DNA from: a virus | Lineage: Duplodnaviria > Caudoviricetes | Direction: 5' to 3' (one strand) | Virus record (IMG/VR): IMGVR_UViG_3300031784_000002 | Length of the DNA: 64,000 nt | Shown: in pieces, positions 35,559-45,298 of the stretch | Layout of the letters: every line of letters begins with the position of its first letter | How positions within the stretch are numbered: position 1 is the first letter of the stretch | Program-made: the position numbers and the translations under genes | The notes under the pieces: model-generated | What the model saw: only the letters and a program-made list of their open reading frames with translations | Database searches by the model: none | Told to the model about the DNA's origin: nothing

Positions 35559-37157
35559 TTAGTATCCTATTGAGTTCGAACTTACTGAGGATAAATCACC
35601 TCTATTGTCAAAAATATTATTTTCTTGATAATCAGTATCATAAATTGGTTCAAGTTCATTAAAGGTCATTTGCATGATAGTCGAAACTGGTTGACCTTTT
35701 TCATATGCAGCCCACAAACCATCTGGAGTATAATTGCAACTAAAACTTATCAATGCACAAGTTTTAAACTTATTTACACCTGGAATTTCATTTTTTCCTC
35801 CTGTTCTAAATTGCAGTTTAAAAACATTTGGAGTTCCCAAGAAAAATGATGCTTGTCCAGATTTACCTTTCATTTTTTTAACAGCCATTCCCTGTTTGAA
35901 AAATCTTATAATTTTTCTAACCATTGCAGCTTCTTCTGCACTTCTTGGGGATAATCTATAATTAAAACTAAAACTTCTAAGTGTTGGAGAATTGAATAAT
36001 AATTCCAAATTAGAATTAGGCACAATACCTGCACCTCTTGCAAGAATTGATTCCGATTCAACACCCATGCCTTGCATTTTTAATAACTTTGAAGCTCCTT
36101 CGGATCCGACTAACATTGCCAATTCTTCACTCACTTTTCCTTCTTTATATAACTTCATTAAGTTATTTGCTATTAAAGCCTTAGCAGCCAGTCCCTCAAC
36201 TCCAGTAAGTCCACCGAAGGCAGATGCAGCAAGTGCTATTCCCGCTTCTCCTTTAAGATTACCAAGTGTACTTGCAGTTGCTGCAGCTGCTAGGTTTCCC
36301 ATCGAATCTTCACCCCAACTAACGTTATTGCTGTCTGCAATAGTGTTAGGCATTGGCAGAAATACTGTACCAATTATTTCTGATAAATTTGATACAGTTT
36401 GAAGACCCCCAGATAATGCCTGACTAGCGGCTGCAGTTCCCCCAAAGATTGCATCTGCTTTAGATGGTTTATATCTATATTGAGAAATTGCAAAATGGTC
36501 CTGTTGACTTGTCATCAAATCCGCAGGATATTTCATTTCACCACTGAATAATTTCTTTTCGTTTCCAACTCCAAAATTATCCCCATTGACTGCAAAGTTT
36601 TTATAACTTTCTTTGGGGTTTTGTAGAAATGAAAATAAAGATCCGACTCCACCACCCCCACCGACTGCAGCTGTTGCACTACTTGCAGGTGTTGTTCCTG
36701 GAATCGCAGTGGACCCTGGAGTACCGCCAGTAGTTGTTGTAGTTTTAACAACAGTTCCTGCAGACGTAGTAGTTACTGACAGATTTGATCCACCCAATCC
36801 ACCGACTGCTCCAGATACTGGACTTTGGGGAGTAATTGATGATTGTCCAGGAGCTCCAGTAGTAAAATTCTCAGATGCCCATTGTGCTAATTTTGAATTG
36901 GAATTGACTCCCCCAACACTTTTATATGCCGATTGAATTGATATAATTGTTTGAATATGTAATTGATTCTTTTCATTATCCGTAAATCCCAATAATGTTG
37001 AGGATGCGTTCCATTTACCGTCTTGGTAAATTGGCTTTGTTCCTGCAGGAGCATTTTGTTGTATAATTTGAACGTCACCAGTCCCTAGATCATATTGGAG
37101 ATTATATGAAATTCCATTTTTGGTAACTAATGGTGATTTAACGTTTGTATACGCCAC
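35559..37157 (-). CDS. gp48: Baseplate tail-tube cap gp48
   Basis: LPMPN.I.DSNNVSW; N.N.ELLFNSPTLRSFSF..RLSPRS.EEA; MTFNELEPI. Confidence 0.85.
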   Translation of the reverse strand: MAYTNVKSPLVTKNGISYNLQYDLGTGDVQIIQQNAPAGTKPIYQDGKWNASSTLLGFTDNEKNQLHIQTIISIQSAYKSVGGVNSNSKLAQWASENFTTGAPGQSSITPQSPVSGAVGGLGGSNLSVTTTSAGTVVKTTTTTGGTPGSTAIPGTTPASSATAAVGGGGGVGSLFSFLQNPKESYKNFAVNGDNFGVGNEKKLFSGEMKYPADLMTSQQDHFAISQYRYKPSKADAIFGGTAAASQALSGGLQTVSNLSEIIGTVFLPMPNTIADSNNVSWGEDSMGNLAAAATASTLGNLKGEAGIALAASAFGGLTGVEGLAAKALIANNLMKLYKEGKVSEELAMLVGSEGASKLLKMQGMGVESESILARGAGIVPNSNLELLFNSPTLRSFSFNYRLSPRSAEEAAMVRKIIRFFKQGMAVKKMKGKSGQASFFLGTPNVFKLQFRTGGKNEIPGVNKFKTCALISFSCNYTPDGLWAAYEKGQPVSTIMQMTFNELEPIYDTDYQENNIFDNRGDLSSVSSNSIGY

Positions 37158-37688
37158 TTAAGATTTGCTCCAGGCTTTGTGATTGGGAAAGGGTTGACCT
37201 CTTATATCAACAAATTTTTCAGTGGGTAATATTGCAACGGAGGGCCAATCTTTTTCTGGAACTCTCAAAAATCCCCCAGCAACTCCAGAAAAAAAGTAAC
37301 GATGAATAGTATTACGAGGTATGCCTACTGTATCTGCATTATTTATTAGACCTTTTGCAATTCCTTCACGATATTGTCTCCCAACATAATGCAGGTTAAT
37401 TCCGATAAAATAGTCTTGATTATAATTAATTTCTGTAATATACGTTAATGGTTGTCTGTCAAAAAACGACAACTTAGGAGTATTTGATCCATAAATGAAA
37501 AAATACATTCGTCCAACTTCAATTCCACCAGTATCCGAAAGATTTATATCACTTTGATCCAATTCCCCAAGATATTGTCTAAGTTGCCCAGAAAACCAAT
37601 CCCCACTTTTATTTTTTCCTTTTACTTGTTTAAGTAAGTCATATCCAAAACCTTTACCATTGACATAAGGTTCGTCTTTCCAAGTCAT
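37158..37688 (-). CDS. gp2: DNA end protector gp2-like
   Basis: GRMYFFIY...FDRQPL...GINLHY; position between gp4 and gp48. Confidence 0.75.
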   Translation of the reverse strand: MTWKDEPYVNGKGFGYDLLKQVKGKNKSGDWFSGQLRQYLGELDQSDINLSDTGGIEVGRMYFFIYGSNTPKLSFFDRQPLTYITEINYNQDYFIGINLHYVGRQYREGIAKGLINNADTVGIPRNTIHRYFFSGVAGGFLRVPEKDWPSVAILPTEKFVDIRGQPFPNHKAWSKS

Positions 37689-38122
37689 ATACCTAAATCC
37701 TCCTCAGTCATGATTCGGAATTCATAATTACGATCTGCACAATATTCTCTTGCAGCCTTCCATTTTGCTTGATTTTTTACCCAAGTTTGAACTTTATATG
37801 CCCAGGCCTTTGTTCTTCTTTTTGGATTTTGTTCAGGCATTTCCACTTCTTTTTTTGGTTTGATTTCAATTACAACTGTTCGTGTATTTCCACTTTTGTC
37901 CTTATACTTTACAAAGAAATCCGGAAAGTAACGATGAACTTTATTGTCAAGTGGAGAAAGATACGGAATCCAAAACTCTTCAGACTGCCATTGATTCACA
38001 TTTTCATTTAAGTCACAATAACGCATAAACTTTCTTTCCCATAAAGAACGGTAAACGATATTTGTGGGATCTCCTTTATACTTTTTGGGGTTTTCTGGTC
38101 TGTATTTTCCCTTATAACTCAT
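37685..38122 (-). CDS. gp4: Head completion protein gp4
   Basis: MSYKGKYRPENPKKYKGDPTNIVYRSLWERKFM; YFPDF; EIKP; TEEDLGI. Confidence 0.95.
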   Translation of the reverse strand: MSYKGKYRPENPKKYKGDPTNIVYRSLWERKFMRYCDLNENVNQWQSEEFWIPYLSPLDNKVHRYFPDFFVKYKDKSGNTRTVVIEIKPKKEVEMPEQNPKRRTKAWAYKVQTWVKNQAKWKAAREYCADRNYEFRIMTEEDLGI

Positions 38123-38147
38123 ATACATACTATAGATCCTTAAGTAA

Positions 38148-38155
38148 TATTTATA
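38148..38155 (-). promoter_or_regulatory. T4-type late promoter for the gp4-gp2-gp48-gp53 unit
   Basis: TATTTATA on + = TATAAATA on -. Confidence 0.75.
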
Positions 38156-38156
38156 G

Positions 38157-39125
38157 ATGGCTGAGCCATTCAGATCCGATTTTCCAAGTAATCCATATAG
38201 AGTAGACCCCATCTATGCAAGGATGACCTTGCCCAGAAATACAAATGATGGTCGTACTGCTTTACCCGGAGTTAGTGAGTTATTTGGTGAATTATCTGTT
38301 ACAAGTCAATTCAAAGTTACTTTATTTTTAGGTGATACATATCCAATTACAAACTCAGATTCTGATATCAATGCTTGGTTAGTTACTTGCGGGGTCCTGG
38401 GTTCAAATTTATTTAATGGTGGATCTTCATATTTGAATTCTCTACGTTATGAATTTATGTGTAATGAAACTTCTCTTCCAGGAGCTTCGTTTAGTATGAT
38501 TGAAGAGACTGGAAGTAGACAAGGAATTGTCGAGAGATTTCCAAATAGAAGAGACTTTCCAGAAGTTACAATGACTTTCTATGTTGATGCGGAATATGGA
38601 ATTATTCGTCTATTTGAAGAGTGGATGAATTTCATAAATCCCCTTTATAGTACAAGAGGTAGATTGGTTTCAGGTAATCCTAGAGGTGGAGTTGGTCAAT
38701 TTTCAGACGATCAATTTTTCAGATTCAGATATCCAAACACATATAAAAGAGATTTAGCGATAACAAAGTTTGAAAGAGATATTTACGTAGATCCAAACAC
38801 TAGAGATGTAGAAAAAACACCTTCAATGATGACTTATAAATTTATTAATGCATTCCCAACAAATTTAACTGCTCTTCCTGTCACTTATGAAGGTAGTACA
38901 ATCACAAAAACTACAGTGAGTTTTAATTATGATCGATATGTAATATTGAATCACTTCGGTACAGGTCAAAATCAATATTCAAACCAATTTGTAACAGAAA
39001 ATGGAGAGAATATAAGTCTTACACAACCATCCTTCTCTTGGGGTGAGGCTCCAGAATACTTTACAAATCCAACATTTGGAGTTAACTCTGCAATTGATGT
39101 TTCTCCTTCCTTTAAACCACTCTAA
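38157..39125 (+). CDS. Tail-tube-fold baseplate protein (gp54/gp19-like)
   Basis: C...SLPG; FEEWMNFI; FRYPNTY; Y.FINAFP...V.F.YDRY. Confidence 0.75.
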   Translation: MAEPFRSDFPSNPYRVDPIYARMTLPRNTNDGRTALPGVSELFGELSVTSQFKVTLFLGDTYPITNSDSDINAWLVTCGVLGSNLFNGGSSYLNSLRYEFMCNETSLPGASFSMIEETGSRQGIVERFPNRRDFPEVTMTFYVDAEYGIIRLFEEWMNFINPLYSTRGRLVSGNPRGGVGQFSDDQFFRFRYPNTYKRDLAITKFERDIYVDPNTRDVEKTPSMMTYKFINAFPTNLTALPVTYEGSTITKTTVSFNYDRYVILNHFGTGQNQYSNQFVTENGENISLTQPSFSWGEAPEYFTNPTFGVNSAIDVSPSFKPL

Positions 39126-39151
39126 ATAAATTTAATTGATTACATAATTAT

Positions 39152-39880
39152 ATGCCATTACCTAAGATTGCTACACCAACTTATGAGCTTAAATTACCTT
39201 CTACAGGAAAACCGGTAAAATATAGACCATTTCTAGTAAAAGAAGAAAAAGTTCTAATTTTGGCTCTAGAAAGTCAAGATATTAAACAAATTACCCTGGC
39301 AATTAAATCAGTTTTGAAAGACTGCATTTTAACAAAAGGAATTAAAGTAGAAGAGTTACCATCTTTCGATATCGAATATATTTTCTTGAATGTTCGAGGA
39401 AAATCGGTAGGAGAATCTATAGATTTAATTGTAACTTGTTCAGATGATGGGACAACAGAAGTTCCTGTTAAAATTTTTGTAGATGAAGTTCAAGTCCAAA
39501 AAGACGAAGAACATTCTACAGAAATAAAAATTGATGATAATATCATGATTAAAATGAAGTACCCTTCACTGGATCAATTTATTAAAAACAATTTTGATTT
39601 TACAACTCAGGAATCTGTATCAACTATTGAAAGATCTTTTGATATTATATCCTCATGCATTGAATCTATTTTTACAGAAGAAGAAGCTTGGGCTGCTTCA
39701 GATGTGACTAAGAAAGAGTTGATTGAATTCATTGAAAGTATGAACGCAGATCAATTCAAGAAGATTGAAAAGTTTTTTGAGACAATGCCTAAACTGTCTC
39801 ATACTTTCACCGTTATTAATCCAAATACAAAAGTAGAAAATACAGTAACTCTGGAGGGCCTAACAAGTTTTTTCGGCTAA
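39152..39880 (+). CDS. gp26: Baseplate hub subunit gp26
   Basis: MPLPKIATPTYEL; YRPFLVKEEK; LPSFDIEYIFL..RGKSVGE; CTAAATA at 39122. Confidence 0.93.
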   Translation: MPLPKIATPTYELKLPSTGKPVKYRPFLVKEEKVLILALESQDIKQITLAIKSVLKDCILTKGIKVEELPSFDIEYIFLNVRGKSVGESIDLIVTCSDDGTTEVPVKIFVDEVQVQKDEEHSTEIKIDDNIMIKMKYPSLDQFIKNNFDFTTQESVSTIERSFDIISSCIESIFTEEEAWAASDVTKKELIEFIESMNADQFKKIEKFFETMPKLSHTFTVINPNTKVENTVTLEGLTSFFG

Positions 39881-39882
39881 TT

Positions 39883-40068
39883 ATGGCTCATATTGATCTT
39901 GAGTCATATTTCCGCATTAATTTCGCTCTCATGCAGTTTCATAAATACTCTTTGACAGAGATTGAAAACATGATGCCTTGGGAAAGAGATATCTATCTCG
40001 CCCTGTTGAAACAACACATTGAAGAAGAAAACCTAAAGGCACAACAGGCAGCAAACCGTGGCAGTTAG
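39883..40068 (+). CDS. gp51: Baseplate hub assembly protein gp51
   Basis: NFALMQFHKYSLTEIENMMPWERDIY. Confidence 0.9.
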   Translation: MAHIDLESYFRINFALMQFHKYSLTEIENMMPWERDIYLALLKQHIEEENLKAQQAANRGS

Positions 40069-41833
40069 TTCACTACTCAATCCATCTAGAATTGTAAGAG
40101 AAAGACAAACGACGGCTGCAGCTGCTCAAAATTTTATCACTGGTGGATCTCCTCTAGGTCAAGGAGTCGTTGCTAGTGCCGCTAATAAAATTGTTGGATT
40201 TCAACGAGGTGCAGCTGCAGTTTCTGCGCGACCACCAGATTTAAATTCCATCATTCAAACATTATCATCAAACATTTTAAATAATGTTGAAAATAGAGTA
40301 CAATCTGTAAATAAAAATGTAACTCAGATAGTTAATCAAAAAATTGATGGATTAGAAAAAAAATATCAAGATAGATTAGGTAAGATTGAAGCTGCAACAC
40401 CAAATTCTATCTTGCAGAATTTCTTAAATCTATACAAAGAAGCATTAGGATATATTCAGTTTCTAGGCAATAGAAAAAACGTAAGAACTCTTGGCGAAAA
40501 TTTAAAAGCACTTCAAAACGTATTTACTGAGACTTTTAATGTTGCAAAGATTATTCGTCAAACTATTATAAACATTGTAAAACAACTTTCAAATCTACCT
40601 ACTGCAAGTGCTGGCGGAGGTGGATTAAATTTAGATATTGACATTCCTGGTGGATCTCTTAGAAGGGGATCTATGGGTGGTCTATCTAGAGCTCTTAGAC
40701 GTGGTGGCAAACCTGCCATGATGTTGGGTGGTGCCGCATTAGCAGGTGGATTAGGTTCCAAAGTAGTAAGTGGAATGATGGATCTTGGTGGGGACGTTCA
40801 AGCTGCGCCCATGTCAGAAGGAGCTATACCAGGAGTTCTATTAGACCGTTTTAACTCAATATTAGATAGATTTTCGGCAGCGATAAATTCATTATCAAGT
40901 ACTAAAAAGTCTCAACCTGCTCCTGGAGGTGCTGCTCCAGCACCACAAAAAGCACCAGGAAAACCACCCGCAAGTGGTGGAGCTCCTACTACACCAGTAA
41001 CTACATCTGCTCCTGGAGATGAAAAGTTAGCTGCATTTGTTGCAACTATGGAAGCATCATCTCCAGAAAATGCTGCTGACGCACTCCAAGTAATGTTAAA
41101 TCGTTCAGCATCTGGAAAATATGGTAAAGGATTGCCTGGCGTCTTATCGGGATATGATCAATTTTCTCCAATTTCTGCAGCAATTTTTGGAAAAAGTAAA
41201 GATCCAGATGCTGCAGCAAAATATGGACCAATTGCGGCTAAACTACCTGGAAATACTCCTCAAGAAAAATTCAAATATTTACAACAAGTTGCCTCTGAAC
41301 CTGATGGATTAAATAAACTTCAACAAATATTTGGTGGAGGTAGTGCTAGTGTTGCTGGAACAATTTTAAATGATCCAAAATATCTGGAGATGTCCAGACA
41401 AAATGTTAAGGGTGCTCAGAATTTTTATGGTGGAAGACAATCACAATCTGGAGATATTCAATTTAGATCTGGAGGTAATTGGTTTTATAATTTTGGTGGA
41501 CCAGTAGGAAAATTAGGAACACAACCAACTGGCACTGTAACTACTCCACCACAAAAACCTTCAGCAGTCGCACCAGCTCCATCACAGGCAACAAATCAAC
41601 AACAACTTGCACAGACCGTATCTAGACCTCCAGTTCAACAAGCTCCTCAAGTCAATATAGCTCCTTTAAATCTCTCCACGCCGCAAGCACAATCTACAAA
41701 AGTGGGAGATACAATTACTCCTCCACCAATAATGAGTAAAGGTGGTGTTACTGTTCCATTCTTATCATCATCAAATTATGATAATTTTCTTACATTATAT
41801 TCCAAAATGGTTTATAACATTGTGGACGGATAA
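40058..41833 (+). CDS. Baseplate/tape-measure-like protein with SleB/Hydrolase_2-like domain
   Basis: MEA...ADALQVMLNR..GKYG.....QFSP...GAQNFY...GGNWFY. Confidence 0.6.
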   Translation: MAVSSLLNPSRIVRERQTTAAAAQNFITGGSPLGQGVVASAANKIVGFQRGAAAVSARPPDLNSIIQTLSSNILNNVENRVQSVNKNVTQIVNQKIDGLEKKYQDRLGKIEAATPNSILQNFLNLYKEALGYIQFLGNRKNVRTLGENLKALQNVFTETFNVAKIIRQTIINIVKQLSNLPTASAGGGGLNLDIDIPGGSLRRGSMGGLSRALRRGGKPAMMLGGAALAGGLGSKVVSGMMDLGGDVQAAPMSEGAIPGVLLDRFNSILDRFSAAINSLSSTKKSQPAPGGAAPAPQKAPGKPPASGGAPTTPVTTSAPGDEKLAAFVATMEASSPENAADALQVMLNRSASGKYGKGLPGVLSGYDQFSPISAAIFGKSKDPDAAAKYGPIAAKLPGNTPQEKFKYLQQVASEPDGLNKLQQIFGGGSASVAGTILNDPKYLEMSRQNVKGAQNFYGGRQSQSGDIQFRSGGNWFYNFGGPVGKLGTQPTGTVTTPPQKPSAVAPAPSQATNQQQLAQTVSRPPVQQAPQVNIAPLNLSTPQAQSTKVGDTITPPPIMSKGGVTVPFLSSSNYDNFLTLYSKMVYNIVDG

Positions 41834-41836
41834 TAT

Positions 41837-43786
41837 ATGGCACCTCCAAAGAAAGATACTCCATTAAGATCACCATTAGTCTCGGCTTTTAGTAATATTG
41901 TCAATATTAATAGATCTAAATCTCAAATGAAGTCTACACAGGCTTCGTATAGTGAATTTTTGAGATTTATGACTACGGAAGTAAGAAATATTGAAGCAAT
42001 TAAACTTCCAGATGAAAAAAAGATCAAAAGGTTATCAAGTATCAATGTAAGTTCTACATTTGGATCCGCCGGAAGTTTGCTTTCTGGTTTAGCTAGTGGT
42101 GCTTTAGATGCTGCAGGATTGGTTGGTAATTTATTTGGTGGTGGAGGGAAAGGTGGTAAAGGCGGCAAACCTGGTGCAAAACCGAGTCCAAAAGCAGGAA
42201 AACCAATACCAAAAGGTACAAAAATCAGACTTCCTGGTGTTAGAGGATTGCCGATTCTTTCCGCTGCTTTAGCTGGATTAGATTTTGCACAAGGAATATC
42301 CGAAGGAGAATCTGTGGGCAAAGCAGGTGCTGGTGCAGTTGGATCTGCTGCTGGTGCTGCTGGTGGCGCTCTTGCTGGTGCAGCATTAGCGGGAGCTATT
42401 GGTCAGACATTGGTTCCAATTCCTGGATTAGGTTTTGTATTAGGAGCTGCAGTTGGTAGTTTGGGAGGACTTGCTGGAGGTTATTTAGCTGATAGAGCAT
42501 ATGAATCTGCGACTGGGGAAGGAAAAGTAAAAGAAAAACAAAAAGCAAAATTAAAACAACAAGAACAAAAACAAAAACTTGCAGCAACATCAGCTTCCAA
42601 AGTTACATTGCCTCAGGTATTGGATAAATTTGAAAATGTTGTTATTAAATTTGAAAAAGTTTCAATGAATCTTGCCGCGCCACAAGAAGTTGTCCCTCAA
42701 GGATATGATGAAGAACTTGGAGAAGATGAGGCTCCAAAATTACCGGAAGACACAACTCCTGGAGGTGTAGATTCCATCCAATATGGATCAGGAAATGCAG
42801 AATTTGGTGAAACTGGAAATGTAAGTAATGCTCCTGGTTGGGTTCATGGACATTTTCAAGGTGATAGTGCGGGTGCGGTTGTTAAAGATACAACAATGGT
42901 AGTCAAAGCTTTATTGAAACAAGGATCTCCAGTTTACCTGAATCCTGGAGTAGACTTAAATCCATCTAAACAGTACAGCGATGAAGAAATAAGAAGTTAT
43001 GTTGAACAAGCAAGAAGAGCCCATACCCATAGTGGAACAGGAAAATCTATCGATGTTTTTGTAAAAAAAGGTACGAAAATACCAGTCCCTCTTACTAATG
43101 TTGGTCCAACTGGATCTGGTTTTGGTGGTTATGGTAGAGGCGGAATTGCTGGTTATATTCAAGGAACACGTACTTGGATTGGTCACTTGAAACCTGGTTC
43201 TAAATCTGGTTTATCTGAAACCAAAGGAAAAATAGAATCAAAAGGTAAAGAAACTGGAGATATGGAAGATTTAAAACCTGGAGTAGTTCCAGATAAATCA
43301 CAAAATCCTGCTGCACCATCTCCTCCAAGTGCCGAGATGCAACAAAAGTTTCAAATGGCATGGGACAATAGAAGTAATCCTTTTGCAAGAGGAAAAATTG
43401 AATCTGCTTGGACAAATCTGACACCGGAACAACAACAACAAGCTAAAATATGGGCAAAATCAAAAGGATATAATTGGAATGAAATGAAGTTGAAAGAAAA
43501 ACCCATGAATGTTCAAGCTGCCCCAGCAACAGTCACTGCAGTTCCATCAATGCAACAGACTGTACCTCAACAAATAGAACAATATCCAGATTATAACTTA
43601 CCACAATCAAGTATAACGTTAATGCCAATTGTTATGGGTGGTCCTAGTGGATCACAACAACGACCTATGGTTATTGCTGGAGGTAGTGGAGGAGGAGGTA
43701 CAACGATCTTACCTCCAACTCCTGAAGGTCAGGTGTTAAATAGTTTATTCAAGACCATCTTGTTAACGAACTTATCGGGAACGTAA
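41837..43786 (+). CDS. Baseplate/tape-measure-like protein with TM-like Gly/Ala segment and M23-like motifs
   Basis: GAAAGAAGGALAG repeats; GETG..VHGHFQ and HSGTGKSID...GYG...IGHL. Confidence 0.6.
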   Translation: MAPPKKDTPLRSPLVSAFSNIVNINRSKSQMKSTQASYSEFLRFMTTEVRNIEAIKLPDEKKIKRLSSINVSSTFGSAGSLLSGLASGALDAAGLVGNLFGGGGKGGKGGKPGAKPSPKAGKPIPKGTKIRLPGVRGLPILSAALAGLDFAQGISEGESVGKAGAGAVGSAAGAAGGALAGAALAGAIGQTLVPIPGLGFVLGAAVGSLGGLAGGYLADRAYESATGEGKVKEKQKAKLKQQEQKQKLAATSASKVTLPQVLDKFENVVIKFEKVSMNLAAPQEVVPQGYDEELGEDEAPKLPEDTTPGGVDSIQYGSGNAEFGETGNVSNAPGWVHGHFQGDSAGAVVKDTTMVVKALLKQGSPVYLNPGVDLNPSKQYSDEEIRSYVEQARRAHTHSGTGKSIDVFVKKGTKIPVPLTNVGPTGSGFGGYGRGGIAGYIQGTRTWIGHLKPGSKSGLSETKGKIESKGKETGDMEDLKPGVVPDKSQNPAAPSPPSAEMQQKFQMAWDNRSNPFARGKIESAWTNLTPEQQQQAKIWAKSKGYNWNEMKLKEKPMNVQAAPATVTAVPSMQQTVPQQIEQYPDYNLPQSSITLMPIVMGGPSGSQQRPMVIAGGSGGGGTTILPPTPEGQVLNSLFKTILLTNLSGT

Positions 43787-43787
43787 T

Positions 43788-45086
43788 ATGTCTAATGCGT
43801 TAACTACGTTAAAATATAATTCAGTTATAATCGAATCTTCAGAAACAAAGAGAAAAATTGATCTAACCAGTTCTCTCATTTTCTGTGATTATTTTGAAGA
43901 TATATTATCTCCTTGTGTGACGATGACTATGCAGATCGCTGCCACTTATTCAATATTCAATAATCTTCCAATTCGAGGTGGAGAAAAAGTTGTTATTGAT
44001 ATAGAAACTCTAAGTGGAAATTTTAAGTTGGATGGTGATTATGCAATGTATGTTTATAAAGTGGGTGGAATTGTTTCTGATGGTGCAAAAGAATACTTTA
44101 CTCTTCACTTATGTTCTCGTGAGGCATTGACAAATGAGACGGCTAGAGTTCAAAAAAAGTATGATAAAAAACCAATCAATGATCATGTAACTGCAATTCT
44201 CAAAGATGTACTAAAAACTAAAAAATTTAAGAGTGCAAATATCGAGAAAACATCTAATTCTTATAGTTTTATTGGTACTCTAAAAAAACCATTTCACATA
44301 TTAACTTGGTTAGGTCCTAAAGGTATTCCAGCTACTTCATCGTCTGGAAACAGTGGAACAATTGCAAAGGGAGTTGCTGGATTTTTATTCTATGAAAATA
44401 AAGATGGATTTCATTTTAGAAGTATTGATACATTAGTTTCTGCAACAATGTCTCAAACTGGTAGTACATCGAAAGAATCAATACCAAAATATAATTACAA
44501 TCCCGGAATTACGGAGTCTGGAAATTTAAATGCAAATTTCAACATTTTAAATTATAACTTTGAAAAGAATATTGATTTAATGAAATCTCTCCGGGTCGGA
44601 ATGTATGCAAATATCACATATTTTTACGACTTATATGAGAACAAAATTAGTGGGATTACTTATAGTTTAAATTCAGAAATTAAATCTAAACTAGGTAGTA
44701 CTAGTAAATTGGCATACCCAAGAGATTTTGGTAATAGACCATCAAGAATTCTGTTTAGATCTGCAGATGTGGGAATATTAGACAAAACTGGTAGAACTGA
44801 TGATTCTGGTAGGGACAATACTGATATGGCAAAAGCTTTTTCTCGTTATAATTTATTGTTTACTCAGTCGCTAAATATTGTAGTACCTATGAATGTCAAT
44901 TTGAAAGCTGGTAACATACTTTACGCACAATTTCAAAAAATTGATGCAGGACAAACTGCTGAAGTAGATCCTGAACAAAGTGGAAATTATTTGATTAAAG
45001 AAGTTAGACATCATTTCGAAGGCAATCAAATGGTATCATCACTAAAACTCGTCAGAGACTCCTACGGATTATATGGGGCAAAATAA
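43788..45086 (+). CDS. Baseplate hub protein (gp27-like)
   Basis: YFEDILSP; LPIRGGE; FYENKDGFHFRSID; SGNYLIKEVRH; position before cp12/gp5. Confidence 0.7.
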   Translation: MSNALTTLKYNSVIIESSETKRKIDLTSSLIFCDYFEDILSPCVTMTMQIAATYSIFNNLPIRGGEKVVIDIETLSGNFKLDGDYAMYVYKVGGIVSDGAKEYFTLHLCSREALTNETARVQKKYDKKPINDHVTAILKDVLKTKKFKSANIEKTSNSYSFIGTLKKPFHILTWLGPKGIPATSSSGNSGTIAKGVAGFLFYENKDGFHFRSIDTLVSATMSQTGSTSKESIPKYNYNPGITESGNLNANFNILNYNFEKNIDLMKSLRVGMYANITYFYDLYENKISGITYSLNSEIKSKLGSTSKLAYPRDFGNRPSRILFRSADVGILDKTGRTDDSGRDNTDMAKAFSRYNLLFTQSLNIVVPMNVNLKAGNILYAQFQKIDAGQTAEVDPEQSGNYLIKEVRHHFEGNQMVSSLKLVRDSYGLYGAK

Positions 45087-45298
45087 TGAACAACATAGAT
45101 ACCCACATTGCAAAAGATAGAGAAATTCTCGATAACCCTGTCACTTCTCCACAAGCGAGAAGACATACTCAAGAAGAATTAGAAGCTTTAGAAGCTTATA
45201 AGGCTAATCATCCAGAAGATGATCATGATCCAACTCCATTAGAGTTATATTGCGATAGTCATCCAGGTGCCGCAGAATGTAAAATTTACGAAGACTAA
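45086..45298 (+). CDS. cp12: Calvin-cycle inhibitor CP12
   Basis: C-terminal PLELYCDSHPGAAECKIYED. Confidence 0.93.
   Translation: MNNIDTHIAKDREILDNPVTSPQARRHTQEELEALEAYKANHPEDDHDPTPLELYCDSHPGAAECKIYED

Noticed and set aside
33227-38122. Minus-strand block as a recent inversion
   Set aside because: gp4-gp2-gp48-gp53 convergent on gp32 is the usual cyanomyovirus layout, with its own late promoter and a shared terminator
37685-38212. ORF-track start at 38212 for gp4, and other extended starts (15498, 16046, 25257, 26922, 30246)
   Set aside because: Downstream ATGs fit the conserved N-termini, promoters and stop/start overlaps better
45086-45298. cp12 embedded among baseplate genes as a novelty
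   Set aside because: This placement is the known conserved arrangement in cyanomyoviruses
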